From Stegostoma tigrinum (taxonomy: Eukaryota): a stretch of DNA of 64,000 nucleotides. The notes under the pieces are model-generated. The model ran no database searches, had not been told where the DNA came from, and saw only the letters and a program-made list of their open reading frames with translations. Positions 52,226-62,335 of this stretch are shown piece after piece (within the stretch, counting starts at the first letter, position 1; each line of letters starts with the position of its first letter). Position numbers and translations under genes: made by a program. Location of the stretch: positions 10,892,599 to 10,956,598 of the forward strand of contig NC_081360.1 of NCBI RefSeq assembly GCF_030684315.1. The letters are read 5' to 3'.

Positions 52226-52228
52226 AGT

Positions 52229-52625
52229 TGTTGGGATTTTTGTTATGTGAACCAGAGTGAGGGACAGAGAGACACGAAAATATCCTTCATTGTCTTTATT
52301 CAGACAACTTGGTATTATATCTTTCTGAGCTTAAGCAATTCCAGAGTGTAGAAGTGGCCTTCTTATACAGTATTGTAACAGATGCTTGTGTACACAGCAT
52401 TTTTATAGTCATCTGTTTCTTACAACAGACTTCTTTTTTACAGAGTACTGAGTTTATTTACACCCTTAGCATCTAACTCCACCAAATGCTGATATAATCA
52501 GTTCCCCTCCAATGGTACAAAACTACTATTGTTGCCCTGCAAATAGCCATTAAAGATTTTATTAAAGATCTTATTAAGTCCCCTTTAAATATTTCCTGCT
52601 TTGTAGGTTTCCACCAAACCCCACA
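52229..52625 (-). promoter_or_regulatory. 5' LTR of the ERV (~397 bp)
   Basis: The minus strand starts TGTGGGG and ends CCCAACA (imperfect terminal IR). TATAAAAA at 52400-52407 and AATAAA at 52295-52300. Confidence 0.8.
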
Positions 52626-53699
52626 CCAATATGCCATCATACAATTAGGTGAAGTTTAAAGCAGTCTTCAGCATTAACCCATAAAACTATTGATCTGAAT
52701 CTCATATTTTCTTTTGGGTAAGTATCAGTTTTGTTGAATTTTATAGAGTGTAAAGATTAGCCTAATCTCTCACCATATCTTAACAATGCAATTCATTAAT
52801 TACCCGTCCTATCCTTTGGTGCGTTCTCACCCAATTCTAGTTCTGTTGAACCACTCACCATACCCAGAAAATCGCACCACAGTTGGGATATTCCAGAACT
52901 TACTGGCAATCTTTAAGAGGCCATTGTGCACTTGAACACGCATTGTCAGTCGAAGCTGCATGAGATGACTATTTTTAGCAAAGCTTCTACCCCTGATAAC
53001 TGTGGATACTCGATTGTTGTGTTTTAAAATCTGACCTAAAAAATATTTGAACAGTCAAAGAATGAAGTCTTATGACATAAGCTGAGAAAGTTGAGTAGCA
53101 GTAGAACAAATCATTTAGCAGAGCAGGCTGCTATTGCTTATCTCCTTACAAGGTGAAGCTGACACTAGCTAGTAGATCCATACATTTATTTATTAAAACA
53201 TGGATGCTGGGTGACTTTTGAATTATAAAGCAGCAAGAATAATAAAATTGGGATATTCTTCAGTTTAGATTGTAAATAAGGATACTGACCCAGGCTGTCT
53301 GAAATTCTAATCAATTTCAGATCAAATTAAACAACCCGTGGCAACAAAGAAAGCATGGCAATTTGTTTATTTAAAAATCTTTAGTAGAAGAATATTAGCA
53401 AAACATGAAACTGGAAATAATCCATTTTGAGCGTTATTAGGTTTCAAGTCTTTCAGGATGCTTTAAAATACGTTCAGGTTAGTTGGAATCAAGCAATAGG
53501 CTCAGGGGAGCTTGGGCGTCTTATTTCTTCCTTTCTCTGTTATTTATGGTAACCAAAAGGTTAGTAAAACATCAAATTTTGAGGTGTGAAATTAATTTGA
53601 TGTACATAACTCTGACAAATACAGTAAAAATCTCTGTAAACAAAAATACTAAAAATCCTTGGTCTTTTATGCAGAGAGAAAACAAATAAGGAGCTTAGC

Positions 53700-54145
53700 A
53701 CACAATTCCCAAACCTTTCCATAAGACACAAGTTAGCAGTGTGATGGAAGACTCTGCATGGGTGTGAGGTGCTACAACAACACCATCCAAGTAAAGGCAG
53801 CCTGCTTCATCTGCAGCCCATGCACAGCCTTAAGTAACTGTGGCCTCCCCAATTTACAATATCAACACACTGCCATGCAATTGTTCACCAGGGTTTCTTC
53901 AACAGCACCTCTTAAGCCTGCAACTTCTACTCAGGACCTGGGCTATAGGTGTAAGGGAAGCACATTACCTTCAGAGTTTTTCCCAATTCTCACATTATCC
54001 TGACTTCCACTTTGAACTTCATGATCGCCAGATCAAAATTCAAGAATTTGCTATCTAATAGCAAACAGACGGCAGTAGTTCAAAAAGAATGTCCACCACC
54101 ACCCTCATAAGAGCAACTAGGGTTCAATGTTATTCCAGGCCTTAG
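53700..54145 (+). mobile_element. Decayed LINE 3' end, family of 13950-15225
   Basis: caaaccttt..agacacaagttagcagtgtgatggaagactctgca...aaaggcagcctgcttcat...gtagttcaaaaag..caccacc. Confidence 0.55.
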
Positions 54146-54819
54146 CTCTTCGAAAGACAGAATCATACAAGATGGAAGAGGCCCTTTGGCCCACCAAGTC
54201 TGTATTGCCAAAAATATATTACTACTCACACAATTCTCACTTTTCTGCACTTGGCCCTTAGCATTGAATGCTATGACATTTCAGATGCTCATGCAAGTAC
54301 TTTTAAAAAGTTGTGAGGTTTCATATCACAACCACCCTCCCAGGCAGTAAGTGCATTCCAGGCCTCCACCAACCCCTGGGTGAAAATGTTTTTCCTTAAA
54401 TCCCCTCAAAACCACCTGCCTTTCACCTTATTATTGAACAGTAATCTCATATGCAAAAAGAACTCAAAGGCAGGTAGTAAAGACAACCTATGACAACTGT
54501 AATGCTGTGTGTTTTATTGAAAGCTAAGAACTATGGTGAAAACAGGTGTCACAGCATTGCTTGTTTCACATAGTGAAAGCTGGTGTGACTGAACAGTTAC
54601 TTCAAGTTTTGCTCAAATGCTGTTGATCAGTATGAGGTAAGATAACATTGTGACTTTTACGTGTGACAAAAATGACTGTGAGGGATTCTAACATTTGATT
54701 TTAAATAAATAAGGTGACCTTGCATTGTAGTTCATAGGGAGGACAGAAACTGCAAAGCCTGATCACTGCGTCAGGAGCGTATTATTGGCCCAGATTTTGA
54801 AGTGGGAATAAACAGAAAG

Positions 54820-56745
54820 CCTACCTACGTCCGTGACACCACCCACGCCCTCCACCTCCTCCAGAACTTCCAATTCCCTGGCCCCCAACACCTCATTTTC
54901 ACCATGGACCTCCAGTCCCTACACACCTGTATTCCGCATGCAGATGGCCTCAAGGCCCTCCGCTTCTTCCTGTCCCGCAGGCCCAACCAGTCCCCGTCCA
55001 CCGACACCCTCATCCACCTAGCCGAACTCGTCCTCACCCTCAACAACTTCTCTTTCGATTCCTCCCACTTCCTACAAAGGGGGTGGCCATGGGCACCCGC
55101 ATGGGCCCAAGCTATGCCTGCCTCTTTGTAGGTTATGTGGAACAGTCCCTCTTTCGCACCTACACAGGCCCCAAACCCCACCTCTTCCTCCGTTACATTG
55201 ATGACTGTATCGGCGCCGCCTCTTGCTCTCCAGAGGAGCTCGAACAGTTCATCCACTTCACCAACACCTTCCACCCCAACCTCCAGTTCACCTGGGCCAT
55301 CTCCAGCACATCCCTCACCTTCCTGGACCCCTCAGTCTCCATCTCAGGCAACCAGCTTGTAACTGATGTCCATTTCAAGCCCACCGACTCCCACAGCTAC
55401 CTAGAATACACCTCCTCCCACCCACCCTCCTGCAAAAATTCCATCCCCTATTCCCAATTCCTCTGCCTCCGCCGCATCTGCTCCCAGGGTGAGGCATTCC
55501 ACTCCCGCACATCCCAGATGTCCAAGTTCTTCAAGAACTGCAACTTTCCCCCCACAGTGGTCGAGAACGCCCTTGGCCGCGTCTCCCGCATTTTCCGCTA
55601 CACATGCCTCACACCCCGCCCCCGCCACAACCGCCCAAAGAGGATCCCCCTCATTCTCACACACCACCCCACCAACCTCCGGATACAACGCATCATCCTC
55701 TGACACTTCCGCCATCTACAATCCGACCCCACCACCCAAGACATTTTTCCATCCCCACCCCTGTCTGCTTTCCGGAGAGACCACTCTCTCCGTGACTCCC
55801 TTGTTCGCTCCACACTGCCCTCCAACCCCACCACACCCGGCACCTTCCCCTGCAACCGCAGGAAGTGCTACACTTGCCCCCTCACCTCCTCCCTCACCCC
55901 TATCCCAGGCCCCAAGATGACTTTCCATATTAAGCAGAGGTTCACCTGCACATCTGCCAATGTGGTATACTGTATCCATTGTACCCGGTGTGGCTTCCTC
56001 TACATTTGGGAAACCAAGCGGAGGATTGCGGACCGCTTTGCAGAACACCTCCGCTCGGTTCGCAATAAACAACTGCACTTCCCAGTCGCGAACCATTTCA
56101 ACTCCCCCTCCCATTCTTTAGATGACATGTCCATCATGGGCCTCCTGCAGTGCCACAACGATGCCACCCAAAGATTGCAGGAACAGCAACTCATATTCCG
56201 CTTGGGAACCCTGCAGCCCAATGGTATCAATGTGGACTTCACCAGCTTCAAAATCTCCCCTTCCCCCACCGCATCCCAAAGCCAGCCCAGTTCGTCCCCT
56301 CCCGCCACTGCACCACACAACCAGCCCAGCGCTTCCACTCCCCCCACTGCATCCCAAAACCAGCTCAGCCTGTCTCTGCCTCCCTAACCTGTTCTTCCTC
56401 TCACCCATCCCTTACTCCCACCCCAAGCCGCACCTCCATTTCCTACCTACTAACCTCATCCCACCTCCTTGACCTGTCCGTCTTCCCTGGACTGACCTAT
56501 CCCCTCCCTACCTCCCCACCTATACCCTACTCTCCACCTATCTTCTTTTCTCTCCATCTTCGGTCCGCCTCCCCCTCTCTCCCTATTTATTCCAGAACCC
56601 TCACCCCATCCCCCTCTCTGATGAAGGGTCTAGGCCCGAAACGTCAGCTTTTGTGCTCATGAGATGCTGCTTGGCCTGCTGTGTTCATCCAGCTTCACAC
56701 TTTATTATCTTGGATTCTCCAGCATCTGCAGTTCCCATTATCACT
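54820..56745 (+). mobile_element. Longest Penelope-like (Neptune-type) copy: RT + GIY-YIG + hammerhead terminus; inactivated
   Basis: YVRDTT, FTMDLQSLHTCIPH, MAMGTRMGPSYACLF, LRYIDD, FLD.SV, KPTDSHSYL, IPYSQFL, CNRRKCYTC and NVVYCIHCTRCGFLYI(W)ET. Frameshift at ~55078 and stop at 55701-55703. Confidence 0.95.
56618..56645 (+). ncRNA. Minimal hammerhead ribozyme core
   Basis: CTGATGA-a-GGGTCtaGGCCC-GAAA-C-GTC: complete catalytic core, helix II, and a 1-2 bp palindromic helix III. Confidence 0.75.
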
Positions 56746-57831
56746 TTCCCTCATCTTACTTCTTAATCTAGCAGCAACATTGAGAGTCCATACAGGTATT
56801 GTTGAACACATCCTATAATCAATTAAAATTCATTGAATTGATAAGAGCGGTCCCTTTTAATTGTAATATCAATGTTAAAAACTTCCTGAAAAGGTCTTGT
56901 TAATGACATTTAACTGGATTTTGATAGCATACTGTCATTACTATTACTGATGAACTGTTCTGATTTTGGAAAATCAATTTTATGTTCATATAATGTTACA
57001 TTTTCCATTGTAATGTTAAAATATCTACATTTCTTAACTAAATATTTGATTATAGTAATTGAAGAATATATAAATCCTTGAAGTTTATTGGTGATTTTTC
57101 AGCCTGTAATGTATTCCGATCATTTATTTCGTTTCATGTCAAATTTATATGAAGTGAAGGATAATCGGTGCATTTTACTTCCCAGTTTGTTCTCCATGAG
57201 TTTTCTAGAGTGTGATTAGCTCCGTTCCCTGCTTGAAAAACCTTGTACCTCTGAGAGATGCTAATGATATAATTGTCGTGCAGCAGATTCCAACTAATGT
57301 CAGAAATTGGCACTTGTAAGCATTGTTAAATCTTTGTGTGGAACTTTCTTCACGTTAAATAGCAAGTGCCATTGTGTCACCTCTGACCCAAAAATGCAGG
57401 CCACTGTGTTGACCACACCAGATAATACCAGTCAATATAATCCATGGAGGTATATCACAAACTTTTCAGAGATATAGGTGATACTTAGCAACAGGGTCAT
57501 GTTTATTTATATTTCAATTACCTGGATTTTATGATCAAACACAACCAAATTTACCCAGTATTGGTCAACCAACTGGGAGTAGAAGACACAAACTCAGTGG
57601 ATCTTCCAGTCTTTGTCTGTGCTATGTGTTTTATGATATGAATATTATGAAATTATAATTATCAAGAAGACCAACAGAGTAAGGCTCACAGCTCTAGAAA
57701 AGAGAAGGCTGTTGGTCTACTGAATAATGTTAGTTAGAATCATGAGAAAATTTGCTAGGATAGTCCCTGAAAAATTAATAGGAAATTCACAGAAACTTAT
57801 TTTTTGCAGAAGTAGCTAGAATGTTAGATTA

Positions 57832-58501
57832 GAGATAATGGGAACTGCAGATGCTGGAGATTCCAAGATAATAAAATGTGAGGCTGGATGAACACAGCAG
57901 GCCAAGCAGCATCTCAGGAGCACAAAAGCTGACGTTTCGGGCCTAGACCCTTCATCAGAGAGGGGGATGGGGGGAGGGAACTGGAATAAATAGGGAGAGA
58001 GGGGGAGGCGGACCGAAGATGGAGAGTAAAGAAGATAGGTGGAGAAGGTGTGGGTGGGGAGGTAGGGAGGGGATAGGTCAGTCCAGGGAAGACGGACAGG
58101 TCAAGGAGGTGGGATGAGGTTAGTAGGTTGCTGGGGGTGCGGCTTGGGGTGGGAGGAAGGGATGGGTGAGAGGAAGAACCGGTTAGGGAGGCAGAGACAG
58201 GTTGGACTGGTTTTGGGATGCAGTGGGGGGGGGGGTGGGGAAGAGCTGGGCTGGTTGTGTGGTGCAGTGGGGGGAGGGGATGAACTGGGCTGGTTTAGGG
58301 ATGCAGTGGGGGAAGGGGAGATTTTGAAACTGGTGAAGTCCACATTGATACCATATGGCTGCAGGGTTCCCAGGCGGAATATGAGTTGCTGTTCCTGCAA
58401 CCTTCGGGTGGCATCATTGTGGCAGTGCAGGAGGCCCATGATGGACATGTCATCAAGAGAATGGGAGGGGGAGTGGAAATGGTTTGCGACTGGGAGGTGC
58501 A
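57832..58501 (-). mobile_element. 5'-truncated Penelope-like element with 9-bp TSD
   Basis: Minus-strand GIY-YIG C-terminus (HCHNDATRRLQEQQLIFRLGTLQP.GIN) and intact hammerhead core at 57931-57958. gttagatta at 57823-57831 and 58502-58510. Confidence 0.92.
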
Positions 58502-58756
58502 GTTAGATTAATTGTTAGATTAATTACCTTAGGGATTGGTTGAGGTGTAGCATAAAAATACATTCAAGGGGGAAGCCAGACAGGTATATAAGGAACAAAG
58601 AAAAGGAAGGGTATACCTATCGGGATTCATTAACTGAGGTTGGAGGAGACTTGTAAAGGACAAACACCAACAAAAGGCCTATTGCTAAGTGGTAAAATGT
58701 CGTATTACAAAGCTGAACTTTCTAAAGACTGTTATAAAATGCCCTGTAGGTTTTAT

Positions 58757-58966
58757 GAGTGATAATGGGAACTGCAGATGCTGGAGAATCCAAGATAACA
58801 AAGTGTGAAGCTGGATGAACACAGCAGGGCAAGCAGCATCTCAGGAGCACAAAAGCTGACGTTTCGGGCCTAGACCCTTCATCAGAGTCTAGGCCCAAAA
58901 CATCAGCTTTTGTGCTCCTGAGATGCTGCTTGGCCTGCTGTGTTCATCCAGCTTCACACTTTGTTA
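58757..58966. mobile_element. Fold-back Penelope-terminus mini-element with 15-bp TSD
   Basis: A full terminus on the minus strand (intact hammerhead 58858-58885) is joined to a partial plus-strand copy. TSD ccctgtaggttttat (58742-58756) / ccctgtagtttttat (58967-58981). Confidence 0.92.
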
Positions 58967-59754
58967 CCCTGTAGTTTTTATACTGTTTTGATATTCAACT
59001 AATGGTGATGCTTAACATGTTTGGCCACTGAGTTTTAAGATCTTTTAAGACAACCAGGATGAATGCAGATCTCTAATAGGCTTGATAATGTCTGTCAGAC
59101 TTTTGGAACCCACATATTTGCTGACCCCCTTGCCTGCAGGATAGCAAATTGCACTGCCAGCCTAATCCCAAAAACACCGCCTTTGTTATCTTGACCGATT
59201 CAGTTAACAGTCAGAATAAGCCGATAAGCTTTTCAGACATGTTTCTTTCTTCTGAAATAACCAGTGAAAAGCAAAACCAATACATTATTTTTACTGGATA
59301 AACCTTGACATATAATACAACGCGTGTCATTTTTAGTGTAAAGATGAGAGATGTATCACCATAGACTGCAGACTATTCATAGCATAAATCAATTATATTT
59401 ATTAAAGATTTTTATCTAGTCCTTGTATATCACATGCTGCAATTACATTGTTACAGAAGTAATCTTGACAATGAAAAGAAATAAAATGCCAATCATTTCC
59501 TGATAGGAACCACAGAATTACACACACTTACAGATGCACTCTGTTTTCAGAAACTACTAATCAGCTTCACTTATCTGTATTTGCCATGTTTTGACCACAT
59601 ACCCCACAGCACTGATCTTCAAAAATAGGGGAGATTAGTAGCCAGATATTAGAACCATGCTCCAAACAACCTATGGGCAGTATGGCTTCAGGGAAGCTGA
59701 AAATTAAAACATGGAATTTGTACAGAATGCCTCTGAAAAATTAGGCTTTCTCAT

Positions 59755-59966
59755 TGTCGTGATTGTAGCAAGGTCAGCCAGGTGTGCCTCATAGAATATG
59801 AGCTCTCCAATTGGGGCTAAAAATCTGTCACCTCACTGACAGATATAAGCATGAGTGCCAGAGGTTCTGTTCACTCCAAGAGGGAGCTGGATCAGTGTTG
59901 AGGTCTCTCCATGTGTAAATAAACGGTGACTTGGTGTGGGATACCAGCCTCAGTGGAATTATTTCA
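59755..59966 (+). mobile_element. Gypsy solo LTR
   Basis: tgtcgtgattgtagcaaggtcagc...cctcatagaatatgag...aataaacggtgacttggtg...ccagcctc...atttca, homologous to 47353-47587. Confidence 0.78.
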
Positions 59967-60569
59967 CTAGTATATGAGACAATAAAGTAATTTTCAAACA
60001 AATGATCAAGTTTCTACTGATAAACTTCTCCTATGTAGTTTTTTTAATGATAACTAGTTGTCAGTCAATAGGAAAAATAATTCATGTAAATCCAAATGTA
60101 GCACTCTGTTTAAATTCAACATCATGCCCTGTCAACATTGATTAATTTTTACCACGGAATGTCAAAAGGTTTATTTGTATCTACTTTTCTGCCTCTAGAC
60201 TGCTTTACAAAGACTGTCCTTTGATTAGCTTTTGTATTTGTGTTTCCTAAGTGTTCGTTTGCTAAAATGTACAAATATATCTCTGTAATTTAGTTGCCTT
60301 GAAGTAAATACACTGTTCAGCATATGCTACAGTCTCAACTTTAAGATGACTCTCTAGCAACAGAAAAACCTTGGATTATGCAACAGAGTAAGCATTTGAT
60401 CTACCCAGTTCCAACTCTGCTTGATTTTGTGAGATGCAATTGTTGAGAGCTAAAGAATGCATTGATCTAAACAAGCAGAAATCAATTTGCCTTTGACCAA
60501 AGTATCACACGTTGTTTGCACCTAAAGTGTGCAAAATGTAAAGGAAAGCTGCTATTTACGTCACAGTTG

Positions 60570-60730
60570 CACGATTGTAGGAAGTATGTTACAGCCTACA
60601 CAGTATTTTTGAAGAGTAGTCACTGTCGCAATGTAGAAAGCATGGCTGCTAAATGGTATACAGCAAGTAACTCAAAACAGCAACGCAAATATATGACCCA
60701 ATATTGTTTTAGTGATATTGCTTCAGAGTT
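60570..60730 (-). mobile_element. DeuSINE core fragment
   Basis: The reverse complement matches 45015-45125 (ggtcat...ttgctgt..ccatttagcagccatgctttctacattgcgacagtgactactcttcaaaa). Confidence 0.6.
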
Positions 60731-60776
60731 AACTATTGATAGGGTCATCTTCCCTGCTCTTCTTTGACATAGAGGA

Positions 60777-61010
60777 TGAAATAACTCCACAGAGGCTGGT
60801 ATTCCGTCATTAGGTGTCCCTTTTTTGCGCGTGAACTGTCCTTGACTTTAATACTGCCTCATTCAGAGCCAACTCTCAGAGTACCAGTACCTCTGATAAT
60901 CACCTTTTTATCTGTCAGCCAAACTCTCTGATTGGATCAGATTAACAGCCCCATGCAAGGAAGTCATATTCTATTATGTCCAGCTAGCTGACCTCGTTAC
61001 AATCACTACA
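60777..61010 (-). mobile_element. Gypsy solo LTR with near-perfect 5-bp TSD
   Basis: Minus strand tgtagtgattgtaacgaggtcagc...ccagcctctgtggagttatttca. Flanks gagga and gaggg. Confidence 0.8.
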
Positions 61011-61729
61011 GAGGGAAAAATAATCTTTGAGGTAAACATTTCATCCAAAACATGGAACTTGTAACACCCCAAACAAGAACCTCATCAAGTACTACACTAC
61101 AAATGGCAACCTAGACTTTAGATCTGGTCTGGGGAACCCATAAACTTAATTATGACTTCAAGGTAAGAGTTGTACCTTTGAACCACAGATGAGTGAAATA
61201 ACTGAAAAGGCCTGGCCTGATTCAGTGCCATCTTTAAAAATTGCTGCTAATTGAGTTAATAATTTCCTTTCATAATGAATGTCTGTAGCCATTTGACACC
61301 CTGCACATTTTTTTTAAATCTGTGCTTTTTGGCATAAGGAATGAAACTGGACTGAACACTCAGCATCAGCCTAGGACCAAAATAACCACTATAAACCCAA
61401 CTACTGACTCGCCACATCCTCTTTGTCTGTGTATGGAGCTCAGTTGTGAGAACTGTCCCACAGATTAGTATGGAATAACCTGTCACATTCATATTCATGA
61501 AATCATGCCTCATGAAAATGGGTGGAATTTTCCCACTGTCAGTTAAAGTTAGAGTTTGTCAGGTGAGATGTATGTTGCCATGGTTTGGAACAACTTTGCT
61601 CACACTATCTCCTGGTCCTCATTAATTAAGCAACCACACTCCTTGGCACCCTTTGCTTAGAATTGCACCTCAGAAGAGGTAGATGTATTCACCAATGCAG
61701 ATGTTCATGCCATTGGTGTAGGATGGTGG

Positions 61730-62040
61730 AGGATGGTGACTTGGTGGTTAAAACTGCTGCTTCACAGAACCAGGGACTCAGGTTCAATGCCACTCTCAGG
61801 CAACTGTCTGTATGAAGTTTGCACATTCTCCCCATGTCTGTGTGGGTTTCCTCAAGATGCTCTAGTTTCCTTCCACAGCCCAAAGCTGTGCTAGTTATGT
61901 GGATTGGCCATGGGAAAAGCAGGGTTTTAGAGATATGGTCTGGGGCGGGGGGTGAGTCTGGATACGTTGCTCTTCAGAGGGTTGGTGTGTACTTGATGGG
62001 CCAATTAGCTTGCTTCCACACTGTGTGGATTCTATGATTT
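61730..62040 (+). mobile_element. Degenerate HE1-like SINE
   Basis: ggttcaatgcc B-box-like sequence and an aagtttgcacattctccccatgtctg...ggattggccatg core. Confidence 0.75.
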
Positions 62041-62129
62041 ATTTCAAGCCAAGCTGCACACCACTTCAGGCACTGCAAGGCAGAAACTGTCTCTCATACA
62101 ATAATGTTCCATCATTTTCATTGAGGAAA

Positions 62130-62335
62130 TGATCCAAAGAGTCAATTTATTTTACCACTTTGCTGACAGGAACCTGGAGGTGGTGGTGGATAAGGTGGTG
62201 GAAAGGAGGACTGACCTATTCCTGAAACCCACTAAAGGTGGCCACATACACTTCCAGAATCAGTGGCCTGAGTCAGTGCTGTGTCCCATGTTAAATGCAG
62301 TACACAGAACTGCAAGAAGAAGGTCAAATATTGTT
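62130..62335 (+). mobile_element. PIF/Harbinger Myb/SANT-like ORF remnant
   Basis: HFADRNLEVVVDKVVERRTDLF, then a frameshifted VSAVSHVKCSTQNCKKKVK; same pattern as 9700-9945. Confidence 0.6.

Larger units (their letters stand above)
48140..52625 (-). mobile_element. Endogenous retrovirus, 3'-truncated: 5'LTR-PBS-gag-pro-RT-tether-RNase H (no integrase, env or 3' LTR)
   Basis: Gag PPKTDWTKISSCQQKGSEDVRNFAQRF with CCHC knuckle CFKCSHGGHWGMNC (50713-50754). Protease CFLVTWA (decayed DTGA). RT NSPVWPGKKPDGSWQLTVNY...IIDKAN...LPQGF...QYVDDIL. Tether PFTLHVHEQ...LDPV. RNase H LILFMDG...QAEL...ANIYTDSGYAFGVAYHFG...LP*EVSILKCKTH. Many stops and frameshifts. Confidence 0.9.

Noticed and set aside
59140-59300. 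Possible next SPAG16 exon: a cag acceptor followed by a frame containing TDSVNS
   Set aside because: No preceding GH, no WD-ending repeat, wrong phase (0 rather than 2), and no donor before the stop. Likely coincidence.
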